A stretch of DNA of 62,987 nt, counting the filler, from Hyphochytrium catenoides (lineage: Eukaryota > Protista > Hyphochytriomycota): assembly GCA_900088475.1 (NCBI GenBank). It is 8 parts of 8 records of this genome, joined end to end, with 100 filler letters (N's around TTAATTAATTAA, not from the genome) between each part and the next. Parts side by side here need not be neighbours in the genome. Positions count along the whole stretch, not along the records: positions 1 to 17,592 come from FLMG01003773.1; 7 more parts are not named here. One strand, given 5' to 3'. The position numbers and the translations under genes are program-made. Shown one piece after another: positions 1 to 11,395 of the stretch; positions within the stretch are counted from its first letter, which is position 1, and each line of letters starts with the position of its first letter. The notes under the pieces are model-generated. The model did no database searches. It was not told where the DNA came from and saw nothing but the letters and a program-made list of their open reading frames with translations.

Positions 1-466
1 AAGGACCAAGATGCCGAGAACCATCAAGAGCGGAGCGGTCACATTGCCTCCTTCTCGGTCTTTTACTTTTTCTGAGGTTGTTCTTTCTCTCTCGCGAGTG
101 TCTTCTTCTGTTTCCTCTAAAGGTTTATTCTTCTATTTCTTCTGGACGGGCTCGACGTATTTTCCTCTTATCTCACTTGTCTGTCTGGCTTTCTCTCATT
201 TCTCTACTTTATTTGTGGGCCCTCATCATTCTCTTTTTCCCCGTCTCTCTTTTGACAAAGTACTTCTTCTAAGCTCTTCTTTTTTGATTCCTTTCTTTCT
301 TTCTTTCCCCATTTCTCATCCACTCTCGCTCTTTCTCTATTATCTCTTCTTGTTCTACGCTCTCGCTCTTTCTTTATTATCTCTTCTAGTTCTATCATCG
401 AACAATGTCGAATGAGAATAGGCGTCATCACACTCAGCCCCGGCCATTGTGAACTACATGCTAAGT

Positions 467-690
467 GTCTGGACTTCCTATCAGTTCTCGGCCTTTGATG
501 ATGTGTCCGTCACGGATTCCCTGCAATCCAGAACCCTGTCCTATGCAGCAGTCCATGACGGCTAGTTGCTTGTCTGAGAAAGCGAAGGTGAGGAAGTGTA
601 TGAGGGTCCCTGCCAGGCTGTCGGGCTACACTGTGCGCCGCTCGTCTCGGAGACTTTTGGCGGTGCTATGCCGTTCTATGTCCTGGACTC
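467..690 (+). mobile_element. CRE-clade non-LTR retrotransposon fragment (copy A, RLE domain)
   Basis: Near-identical to 943-1180 and 2015-2240; across frames reads SAFD.VSVTDSLQSRTLSYAAVH..SEKAKVRK.YEGPCQAVG..PLVSETFGG, the C-terminal restriction-like endonuclease pattern. Confidence 0.75.
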
Positions 691-744
691 TATAGTTCTG
701 CAGATACTTTATTCCTGTCTAAGATGATCGTACAAAAGCAAGGA

Positions 745-828
745 ACCTAACCCTAACCTAACCCTCGTCCTATATCATTGTTCTAACGGTAGGACGTTTG
801 GGACGCCTAATGAACGAGGAAACCCTAA
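745..828 (+). repeat. Short interstitial telomere-like (CCCTAA/CCTAA) repeats
   Basis: aacctaaccctaacctaaccct at ~744-765 and aaccctaa at 821-828. Confidence 0.45.
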
Positions 829-874
829 GATCATCATCCTCAAAACTTCTACTAGAACTACCAACGACTAGAGG

Positions 875-1630
875 TCTCTTGCGAACCTCGCCACCTTCTT
901 CCGGGCTCGATGCAGAAGCCTGGAGGTTTGTTGCTTCGTAGCGTCTGGACTTACTATCAGTTCTCGGCCTTTGATGATGTGTCCGTCACGGATTCCCTGC
1001 AATCCAGAACCCTGTCCTATGCAGCAGTCCATGACGGCTATATATCAAGGTCGTTTGTCTGAGAAAGCGAAGGTGAGGAAGTGTATGAGGGTCCCTGCCA
1101 GGCTGTCGGGCTAACTTTGTGCCGCTCGTCGTCTGGGACACTTTAGGCGGTGCTATGCCGTTCTATGTCCTGGACTCTGTGCAACAGCTGGTTAAACTTC
1201 AACGTGACCATGCGCTCTTGAGGCTTCCCATCCTCTTGGTCGTTGGTCTCGGTTGGCAGAGACTCTGAGTCCTCATACCAGAGTCTCTTTCGCGAATCAT
1301 GAAGAGAGTGAGAGTCAGATTCTGGTGATGCGTATTCCTGTCCAGCAGTTGGACCCCGCTCTAGCTTGTATGATCAAGCGCGATGCTGATGATGGTCTCG
1401 GCGCCACGCCCCCCGTTTCTTCTTCTCCTCGACTCCTCCGCCTCCTATCGTTATTGCCGAAGAGTTCAACTATGATTCTTCTTCTTCTTCCTTTTCCAAT
1501 AATGATGGTTGCGGGGAGAATGTGCTGGTGTTCAAGAAGAGTCTACCCAGGACTTTGTAGATCTTCCCTCTTCTTCTTCTTCTTTTTCCTCGTCTCCTCT
1601 TTCTCCCTTTTCTTCCTTTACTTCTTCGTA
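875..1630 (+). mobile_element. 5'-truncated CRE-clade non-LTR retrotransposon (copy B)
   Basis: EPRHLLPGSMQKPGGLLL...FD.VSVTDS...EKAKVRK (frameshifted RLE), then a 3' region ending in a (TTC)n-rich tail at ~1570-1628. Confidence 0.75.
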
Positions 1631-1649
1631 GTCAGTAGTGTTAGAGAAA

Positions 1650-2651
1650 ATTTGCGCGCAAAAGCTCCCTTGAGGGCTACTTCCCTCCCGCACGCAGGGG
1701 CTTTCCTTCGCGCTTCCTCTATTCCCTGCTGGTTGCAATTGAAGATTTCTTCTCCGTTGGTGTTGCGAGTGATGTTGCGGTGATTTCTAGGTATCCCCTT
1801 TGTCTGCACCCCGGCCTCTTTCCTCTCTTGTGTCCGTCCAATGGATGCCTTTGGCGCTCAGGCCTTAGTAGTCTATCGTCGTGGCGGTCGCGCTCATCAA
1901 CGTCACCGCCGCGCAAGACTCTACTTTCATGCCTTTCGGGATTCTGGTCTCAATGTCTCCCAGGAACCTCGCTAATTACAAGCCTGAAGATTTGTTGGTT
2001 CGTGGCTTCTCGACTTGCTATCAGTACTCGACCTTTGACGTGTCCGTCAGGGATTCCCTGCAATCCAGAACCCTGTCCTATGCAGCAGTCCATGCCTGCT
2101 ATATATCAAGGTCGTTTTGTCTGAGAAAGCGAAGGTGAGGAAGTGTATGAGGGTCCCTGCCAGGCTGTCGGGCTGCAATTTATGCCGCTTGTCTGGAAGA
2201 CTTCTGGTGATGCTGTGCCGTTCTATATCCTGGACTCTGTGCAATAGCTGGTTAAGCTTCGATGGGATCGTGCCGCCCTTGAGGCTCCCCATCCTCTTGG
2301 TCATTGTTGGTCTCGGCTGGCAAAGGTTCTGACTCGATATCTCCATACCGAAACTCTCTTTCGCGATTCATAGAGAATACGATATAGATCCTGAGGCGCC
2401 GTATTCCTTTTACGCAGTTGGACCCCATGATTGAGCGCGATGACGATGATGGCTCGGCGCCACGCCCCTGTCTGCTTCTCCTCGTCCTCTGTCTCCTAAC
2501 ATTATCGCCGCAAGGGTTCAACTATTATAATTCTTCTTCCTTTTCTGACATTGATGGTGAGAAAGGAGGAAAACGTAACGCCCTGGTCTCCTACGCACTT
2601 CTCTTCTTCTCCTTCTTCTTCTTCTTCTTCTACTTCGTTGACTTCTTCTTC
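1650..2651 (+). mobile_element. 5'-truncated CRE-clade non-LTR retrotransposon (copy C, longest)
   Basis: LRATSLPHAGAFLRA..LRxFLGIP, zinc-knuckle relic C..PMDAFGAQALV.RRGG..HQRH, RLE YKPEDLLV..FDVSV..KAKVRK, 3' (TTC)n tail; several frameshifts and stops. Confidence 0.8.
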
Positions 2652-2710
2652 CTAGGTAGTTATAGTTTCATTTACAAAAAGGTACAAGAAACTTTATATA
2701 AGGATAAAGG

Positions 2711-3562
2711 GTCCCGTTTGGCTATGGATCTACGCCTTCACACGAGAATCTCTCTGGTGATTCATGAAGAAAAAATCTGAAGCATCTTCCCCTTTGAGCA
2801 GCTTGTGGGACCCATCGCTTGCTTGCCTCGCCGGCGGCGGTTGTTGAACTTGATGATGACGACATTGTGGTCGGTATTTCACCTCCAACTCCTCCTCCTT
2901 CTCCCGTTATTATCACTGAGGAGATGAATCATGATCCTTCCTTCACTGATGAATGAGTGAGGAGAAGATCAGGTTAAGGAGGAAGAGACGAAGGCGTTGT
3001 AGCTTTTCTTTGTCTCTTTCTCTACTTCTTCCTCTGCTTCTCCTTCTTTCTCCTTCTTCGTTTTTTCACTTCTTCGTATAAAGGGAAAATAAACCAGTTA
3101 TATATACACATAAGAGAGCGCGAAAAAGAAGATGAAGCGGAAGGAACAGAACAAGAAGCAGAAAGAAGGGAACTAAACGAAGAAGAAGAAGAAGTAGAGG
3201 GAGAGGAAGAAGGAGGTGAAAGAAAAAGGAAGAGGGAAGACGAAGAGAAAGAGACAAAGAAAAGCAATAACGCCTTGGTCTCGTCCTCAGCAGCTCGATC
3301 TCCTCCACGCTCATCATCAGTAAAGGCAGAATCATAGTTGATCTCTTCAGTGATAATAAGAGCGAGAAGGAGGAAGAGGAGGTGAGCCACCAATCACAAT
3401 GTCATCACCAGCAAGTTCAACCGCCGCTGGCGAGGGAAAGCAAGCGAAGAGTCCAGCTGCTCATTGCTAGGACGACGCTTCAATATCTGAAGGGCATTTT
3501 CTTCATGAATCGCCAGAGAGATTCTCGTGTGAAAGCGTAAAGCCATGGCCCAAGCGAGACCA
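2711..3562. repeat. Imperfect inverted repeat made of two 3'-end LINE copies (2711-3075 +, ~3170-3562 -)
   Basis: cacacgagaatctctctggtgattcatgaagaaaa (~2739) matches the reverse complement of ttttcttcatgaatcgccagagagattctcgtgtg (~3497) with one mismatch; similarity extends ~350 bp to the TTC/GAA tails. Confidence 0.85.
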
Positions 3563-4961
3563 TTGCTTAAAAACTAGAAAGTCGAAGATGGAGAGTAGAG
3601 AAGCGATGAGCCCAAGGAACAGAGGAAGAGAGATGAAGGACAATGAACAGGAGGAAAGAGTTTTTTTGGCACAGACAACGACCTACTTGTATAGAGAGGA
3701 TGAGGAGATTGAGAAATGGGCTGAATGTATTGAAAAGAGTCAATCGCGCTTAACGTGCCAAAGCCACCTTAACATCTTCTCCTTTCCCGCTCTTCCGCTT
3801 CGCCGCTTGCCGACAGGATGGAAGAAAAGGCGGATTAGCCAGCGGGGGAGAGGCAAGAGAAGGGAGAAGCCGGAACGGCGCCGAGGAAGACGAACAGATG
3901 CGGAAGAAAAGAATAGAATTCTACAACGACATCTAGCTAATAACTGTTCCCAAGACAGCCAAGAGGCCTAAAGCGGCGAGGTGGAGAAGATGAGGAGACT
4001 GCCAGAACTTTTGCCACCAGTCAGGAAAGACTGCGAACTGAGAAAGAGAACGATATCGTACCCGTATGACCGCCTAATTCCTGCTCTGTAGAGCGTAGTA
4101 GAGCCACTATCCCGCACTGTCTCAGATTTCTGGCTCTAGACGGATGCCATCTTCAGGACTTTATCTGTCTCTTGTCCTTCTTTTTAAAACGGAGTAGTTC
4201 TATGATAACTTAGATGAGTAGTACAGGGCCTTTGTTATTACCAGCCTTACTGAGGCAGTCCTCTAGCTAACGAATAGACAGGGAAGAAAGTATGGAAACG
4301 GATGAGAACAGGTTCTAATGAGAGAGAGAGAAGAAACAAGAGGAGAGCCGGAGACAATGGAAGGAGAAGGAGGCGGATGCAGGAGTCGTTCTATAATAAG
4401 AAGAGAGACAAAGCGGCTGGTAAAAGACAGCATCGCTTCCGATACTTTGGTTCACACTGCAGACGCCGCAGGCCCCGCTAAGCCGACTATAATCCGTTGC
4501 AAAAGAATAGCGTTCGCCGGTTCCGAGGACAGACTTGTGCTAAGACAGAAACACCGGTGAGAAAGTTGAAGAGTCTATTTGATGCTACTACCAGGACATG
4601 GGTATCGCCTTGTGTTTACACTTCTGCTGCAGGGTAGAGTTAATCAGCTGTCCTGATATGTGCTAGGTCTTCGTTTCCGCTTCTTGCTGTTGCTGCCGTC
4701 TCTACTGGGAGAGGGCCGCCGCCCATCTGGATCTTGGCAACATTGTGGAATGTATGAGAAGAGCAGTCTCTGTCGACGATAATGACGGCTTGAGACGTTG
4801 AAGGAGCAGTTCTCACTTGGCTATGGGTAGGCCAGCTAACTTCATCCTTCGCCTTTGATGGCTTCCGGGCATCACTCTCTCCATCCCTACTTCTTCTTCT
4901 TCTTCTTCTTACTGTTGCCCTACATCCTTGCCTACTGCTCCAGCCTTCATGACCTTCTATT

Positions 4962-6629
4962 ATGGTGGCAGCCTCCTCATCCCGTCTGACAGTTTGCCTC
5001 TGTCCAGGTAAGGCGACACCTACTGGCACGCAAAGGCGAAGAGACAACCATGATCCTCTTCTTGCGATCATGATGGCGGATCAGTCAACAGCAAGGCAAC
5101 CGTCCGCGACACCTTCTTCGTCTCCCATCATGTGCAAGGCCACTACCAGTCAATGGGCAAGTTTGAAGTCAGCTATGGCGACAGGGCATATGAGCCCATT
5201 GAAAGTGGGAGCGCTCCCTCTTTGGTGTAGAGGAGGAAAAGTCGTCGCGCCACTTATAATCTGCCTAGCTCTTCTGTTGCTGCTAGTTGACGGCCTGCCA
5301 TACTTACGTGAAAGCTCTAATAACGGAAACAACGACTACTTCCATTCCGTCTCACAGCGCTTAAGCTCGATTGTCGACGTGCTGGGTCTTTCTCGTCAAG
5401 GACGAAGCAGGATTGTGGACCCTTTGGGGTCAGTGGACACTGGCGACCAACATCTTTGGCGGGGCAGCCTTGATTATACGCTCCTCACTACCCCTAGCCC
5501 GACATTAGAAGAGCATCATGCATTATCGTCATCATCCAATGATGGCAAGGCCAGCCAAACAGGAGCCTTACTATTGACAAAGAGGCATTTGATGATGGGA
5601 GCTATTAGTCGTACTGGTGGTCGAGGTGCTGTCATTGCCCCTGCGGCTCTTCATCCTGCCCGACCCGCTGGTCACTTGCGTCGTGGCGACCGTAACGTGC
5701 GGGCTGCCGCCGCCAACAAGCAGGCACCTCCTACGGTTTCCGCAGTGTCAGAGAGCACAGGCAGGCGGACGTTCCTCGGAAAGCTTGGTCTAGCATTCTT
5801 AGCGGTAAATGGCGGTCCCGCAGTGTTACCACCGTCTAAAGGCTATGTTATAGCGGCAGAACCAAAGAGCCTACAAATGGCTATCGCCATGGTCTATCGG
5901 ATCCTAACTGGATACACCGGCAGCGGACTGGAGAGAGGACCCGTGGAGTACAGATCTAAAGAGCTATATCTCAAAGGGAAGGATGGGAAGCTGACGTTCA
6001 TTAACCCCAGTCTAGCCGAAGGAAACTGTGCCAATTGCGCTTTCGCTGAAGCAGTAATGCTCGTGAACGAGCCAGGTCGTACCGCGAGGGCAATCCCTTA
6101 CGCTACTCCTGAGATGTCCTTCTTATCAAATGTCGTTAGAGACTTTGGAAGCACGTTCGGGTTTGCTGGCGGAGCCAAAAGAGACTGGAGAACGCCAACC
6201 TACCGATTAACCACCTCGCTGTACGACAAAGGCAATAATCCTAGCCGCTGGCAAGCGTATGAGAAGCAATTACTCCGTGTCATGAAAAGCGGTCAAATAG
6301 CTCTCGTAGCTTCCGGAGCAACAGATGGCTCTGTACGCGTGATGGGCCATGCAACCTTAGCTGTCCGTCTTGGTAACTTTATCGTCCACATTAACAATCA
6401 GCGCTGGACCCACTCGTTCAGCAGTTTTGCAGAGTTTCTTCGCATTTACTCTGAAGCTTCAAAAAGGAAGCTTGAGACCACCAGCGCCTTCAACCCAGAG
6501 GAAGCAGTCACAGGTCATGATATCTTCGTCTTGGGCATGCCCATCAATCCGCTGCATTATAGAAATGAAATGGCTGGCATGGTGCCGCGTAAGGAACAGG
6601 ACCCGTCCGACCTCTTTTATCCTAAGTAA
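4962..6629 (+). CDS. Protein with hydrophobic signal, transit-like region, twin-arginine motif and C-terminal papain-fold (Tox-PL/glutamine deamidase-like) domain
   Basis: 555-aa intronless ORF (true start may be ATG 5070 or 5175); VVAPLIICLALLLLLV; GRRTFLGKLGLAFLAV..VIA/AE; INPxxxxxNCANCAFA ... GHATLAVRLGNFIVHINNQ. Confidence 0.7.
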   Translation: MVAASSSRLTVCLCPGKATPTGTQRRRDNHDPLLAIMMADQSTARQPSATPSSSPIMCKATTSQWASLKSAMATGHMSPLKVGALPLWCRGGKVVAPLIICLALLLLLVDGLPYLRESSNNGNNDYFHSVSQRLSSIVDVLGLSRQGRSRIVDPLGSVDTGDQHLWRGSLDYTLLTTPSPTLEEHHALSSSSNDGKASQTGALLLTKRHLMMGAISRTGGRGAVIAPAALHPARPAGHLRRGDRNVRAAAANKQAPPTVSAVSESTGRRTFLGKLGLAFLAVNGGPAVLPPSKGYVIAAEPKSLQMAIAMVYRILTGYTGSGLERGPVEYRSKELYLKGKDGKLTFINPSLAEGNCANCAFAEAVMLVNEPGRTARAIPYATPEMSFLSNVVRDFGSTFGFAGGAKRDWRTPTYRLTTSLYDKGNNPSRWQAYEKQLLRVMKSGQIALVASGATDGSVRVMGHATLAVRLGNFIVHINNQRWTHSFSSFAEFLRIYSEASKRKLETTSAFNPEEAVTGHDIFVLGMPINPLHYRNEMAGMVPRKEQDPSDLFYPK

Positions 6630-8789
6630 TGATAACAATCACCCCTTACTTTTTATCGCCACGGTTGTCCATTCAGTAGTGATATGATGCTAGCACTTCG
6701 GATCATCTGTGTGCAAGAATGGCCGTGCTTCAGAACAGATTCACACAGTGGAAGTTCAAAGCTCATATGGCTGCGCAACAGCACAGATAGATTGGCGCCA
6801 CGCAGCTGTACTTCTCCCTTTACTCCTCATAAAGATGGGATAGTAGACGGTTTAATGCTGTTACTCCTCATAAAGAAGCTAGATGGCGGCGATCGGTTGG
6901 TTAGCTGAAGGCAGCCAGAGCAAACTCAGAATCTTGTGGGACTATTGGACGGGGAGGAGGAACTGCTAGCTACGGCTTGCTTGCCTATGGCTTTTTGAAG
7001 AGATGGCACCAAGGAGGGAGTGATGATGATGATGAAGGCCGGTTGTCGAGTCATAGAGAGGAAATAATGATGGCCATGGCTTAGCGTTAAGTGTCTTCGT
7101 CAGTGGAGATACGCTTAGTTCAAGCACCAGGGAAAGAAAACCATGGCCTTGAACCTAGCCCCTGTACCCCTTATGACTTTCCTCCTCGACGAGCTGGTGT
7201 TGATGGCTCTCTCCCTTGTTGTCTTCTTGCGGAGGATCTCCTTGTCAAAAACGCCCGTGCCCTTCTGGGGTTTGCGCTGGTCCTTCCTCGGCACCTTACT
7301 TACCTCGCTCCACTACGTTTTTTAGACTCCTCTGCCTCTGACCGGCCCGAGCATCAGGCGGAACCTACCGCTTATTATATTGGCTCTGTTGTCGGTCTCT
7401 ACATTCATTGGTGGCTGCTCGGAGGGCTCGACAACCCTTTGCCGGCATTGCACTCAGTGACTCTGCAGAGTCATGAACCTGAGTCTTATTAGGCGTAGCA
7501 CATAGATCTTCCACGCTTTACCTGTCCATGTTAGCCTCTTTATACGCATCTCTCCGCCAGGATGAGGCCTTGTGATGATGCGGCCGTTGCGATGTCAGCG
7601 GACCTTTTGTCATGCCTGCCTTCTTCGAAAGAGCAGTAACCAAGACGGTGCCTTCTCATGATCATTATGCTCCTTCTTCCTTCTCTCCTATCATCATATG
7701 ATACTATAGAAGCCGCCTCTGCATCATAAAGGCCTCCAGGCAATGTGGCGGCAGCAGGAAAGCGGTCAGCCTTTGAAGAGGAGCTGCTGCTCCCAAAGAC
7801 GGTTGCTGGTGGTGCTACTGCTGACACAGGAAGAAGGAACCGCTCTAGGCTGACGATGGTGTTAGACGAGGACAATCAGGTTGGGACAGTAGCGGCAGTG
7901 CTTCATCATCAGAGGTAATGCTACGAATATCTCCTTCTTTCTGCACCGTCATCGCACTCGTGAACGACCGTAATGCTAAGAGTTTTCTCCTGTTTCTCAG
8001 CACTTTGAGCTTCCCGCCTTCACTTTTATAATCCCCAGGCTAACCCGCCGTCTAAGCAACGTTTGCCGCGGCTCTGCTGCTCGCACGCGGCTATATCTTC
8101 GTGCTACTATGCCTAAGGCTCAGCTCCATGACTCTTCTGCCCGTTAGTCTCTGCGAAAGCTAGCGTACTAGGCCAACTTCCTTCCACAGTCAGGATAGTA
8201 GAAGATCAACAGGATTAGGCCTTCCCTTGAGACCAATTGCCTACGAGGCTGTGGACTGCAAAGAAAGTTCTCCGGCGGGGCGGCAGGAGGAACGTCGATG
8301 ACATTCAGAGAAGTAGAAGGAACACAGAGGCAGGTGGAGACGAGGCACAACTAGAGCAGTTTGAAGAAGGTGCCAGATAGATCGACGAGATGTACGCAAG
8401 AGATGCTGGGCTGAGATGATGCGGGCAAATGAGCAGCCACTTCGCGAGATTCCTTCACCTGCTGCTCCTTGCTTGCTGGTCCTCTTCTCCTTCCCTTGGG
8501 CGTGATGTCAGCGTTGGTCTTTGACGAGGAGCCATATCGGTCCTTCGCTTTGGAAGATGGGACAGCAGGAATAGAGGAGAAGGAGGAGAAGGATTGCGAT
8601 TGCCGTGCAACCTCTACTATCGGGCGACGCTGTGATGGATGAGCTGCAGAAATGCGGTGCTCATCATGCTTGCACAACCCCGTCTTCCTCATGCTTGAAA
8701 AGCATCATCATGAGAGGTGTTCCCCCGCGGTATAAGCGGGACCTGTGCGGCGCTGAGTGGAAGAAAGGCCAAATAACTTGGCGGTGATG

Positions 8790-9640
8790 TCACGCGTAGC
8801 TCTTCTTCCTCTATCTTGCTTCGAGTGCTGGGAGCTGGGATCCTCTTGCCTGTGAGCAAGAGCACTGGGATCTGGATGCGGCCCCCAAGGAAAGCCGTGG
8901 ATGATGAACTTTCTTGCCTTCTATTGTGCGTCTGTTCCGGATGAGACCTCCTCCATATATTGGAAGGGCTTGAGCAACAATGCCGAGGTGGCGCTCTCGC
9001 CACTTCTGATTGTTGATGAACACAATGTAGTCCTTGACCCACGACGCCATCAGGGTATACTGCCCATAGCTAGCCACCTTCTTCCCTCCTTTACTCTCAT
9101 GAAGATGATAGCTAGCTGGTCATCTTTCGTCGTCCTCATTAGCAGTGCCTGCGTGACCCTCTGAACCCTTTCCTCGAGGGAAGAGGAGCTGGTGCCCATC
9201 CTTTTTGAATCACTTCACCAGCTAATCGCGGTAGCTGAAGGTGCTCGTCAAGATAAAGAGTGGATCTCAGTGAGTGTGCTACGGCGTACGCCATATTGCC
9301 ACAGTTCCGAGAGCTGAGTATGGCATCTCTCTTCTACGATACTGACTCTCCGCCTTCTCTTCTCACCGGAGCAGCCATTGGGACCCGTGACGAGCCACCA
9401 GATTAGCTCATTGGCGCCAGCGTCACTGCTTATCCCACTGGTCATCAACTTCTTCGCCATCCACTTCTTTGCGAGGTTTTAAGCCACGTTCGGAAGCTTT
9501 CCGGGTTGGTGGTGCCCTCGAAGGCATTCAACACCATCTTCAAGGATAGCAACTTCGTCGACGAGCAGGCGTGGCTAGTGCTCCTCCGTCCTCACCGTTC
9601 AGGATTGTCTCAACCAGCGCTACAAAGTTGTTGAGCCGCT
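8790..9640 (-). pseudogene. Degraded paralogue of the 4962-6629 papain-fold domain
   Basis: Fragments NFVALVETILNGEDGGALATP, QALLMRTTKDDQLAII, TLMASWVKDYIVFINNQKW are collinear with NCAFAEAVMLVNEPGRTARAIP, KQLLRVMKSGQIALV, TLAVRLGNFIVHINNQRW; frameshifted. Confidence 0.6.
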
Positions 9641-11239
9641 TAGCGTCATCCTTAGACTCTTCCCGTTTGAGAAGTTATCTCAGCCGCTGCATAACTTTTG
9701 CTGTCAGTGGTCGTGGTTGCTGGGATTTTTAAGGGGATCGGAGGATGGAGCTGTCATCACCTCCTCTGCCTCTCCCTCGACCTCGCTCTAAAGCGTCTTC
9801 GCAGCGACGAGCTCATCAAGCAAGAGCTTTGCATTCTCTCCCAATAATCATTATTATGCGTAGCGACATCTATCACCGCCGCGAAGGAGAGAAAAGTCAC
9901 CTTCTTCTCCATGCCTTGGCCTTAATTCTCACTGGTGAATAAGGCTCGTTCAAACATGTCTGGAGCTGCCGGCTGCCTCCCGTCAATGGAGAAGAACTAA
10001 GAACGACACTGGGATCCGTGCCTGAGAGATGCCCCGAGCGCTAAGACGGTAATCGATCTTCACAGCGTAGTTTGATAACATCTTAAGCGTTGAACCGCGG
10101 TTCGCTCTGTCTCGCAGTGGCCACCACTGCTCGGGTTTGAGCACCAGTAAGCCCAATCATAGTCTTCCGGTTTGCTTTGATCCTTGGTTCTGGTGACGCT
10201 GCGGAAGAAGGATAATGAGGTCATTGAGCGCAGGCTCGGGTTTAATCAAGAGTGTGCCACGGATCGAATCTGCAGACTGATTTCTGGAGCCGCAATAAGC
10301 TCCAGATATCGACCGACAGACACGGATAACGAATATGCTAATAGAAGTAATCTAAGCAACTGGCAGCGCAACAGTCAGAGAAGCCTCCTTACAGCTTCAA
10401 AGCCGAAAGTCTAGCGAGCGGCCTTCAAGCAGGAAGGAGCATGTCTAGGCTTAACAAGATAGAGCTAAATTTTGACTGATTCCCACTGCGGGCTGCTTGT
10501 TAGCTCCTTCCCCCTGGTGCGCCTACACATCTATCATAGCTTCTCTCTCGCGCACGCGTGCATCTCCTCGTCTCTTGCTGCTCTTGCCTACATCCCTACA
10601 TCTTCACGTACACTACTCTACTGCTTCAATACACCTGCCTTATCGCTCTGCTGGTCTTCACATTTGAAAGGGAGCTCTCTTCTTTTGGTCATACTGCTTG
10701 GCTCCCTAGCTGACCTCCTTACCTTCTGGCCGCTCCCATTCCCAGGCTTGTTCCTGCTCTTCCGTTGACGCGCTGGGAAGGTCCAGCCATCTCCAGTTAG
10801 CGTGAAAGAATGGCAGATCATAATAATCGAACATCAGCTAGTTGTCAGAAGCTTCAGAAGGCCTCGCCGATGCTTCAGCCCAGATCTCTTGCTCCAAGGA
10901 GGAAGGCGCTCGCCTACGAATAATAAGGTACAAGCCACACGCTGTCAGCGCTATAAAGGAACCAAGGATGCCAGCTAAGTCAATTCATCGCACGCGACAG
11001 TCTGCTACCGCTCCTCTTTCTTCCCCATCAAGCCCTCGGCGCCCTATGCCTTGTTTTCCGCTTGCAGCGCTGCCATCCGTCCTCTTCTTGCTCTTCTAAG
11101 TAAAAGACTTCTAGGCCATCGACAGCTGGCTCTGACACTACTATTCTCAAGGGTAGGGACATCGTCCGGCGGACGAACGAAGCTAGAAGTCGCGGTTATC
11201 TTCTAGCAATTTCCTCCCTCAAGCGTAATCTCTCTCCCG

Positions 11240-11259
11240 CCATCTCTCTGTCACCGTGT

Positions 11260-11305
<46 letters not shown>

Positions 11306-11395
11306 CTCTCTCCTCTCTTCTTTATTCTCTCTTTCTGTCTCTCTCTCCTCTCTCTTTCTACCTTAGTCGTCCCTCCCTCTCGCTCTCCTCTTCTC
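11240..11395. repeat. (CT)n microsatellite
   Basis: Direct inspection. Confidence 0.9.

Noticed and set aside
9950-11230. Protein-like fragments on the minus strand (likewise 41600-42800, 50200-51550, 60100-61600)
   Set aside because: Many stops and no assignable motif; may be decayed genes or TEs but unsupported
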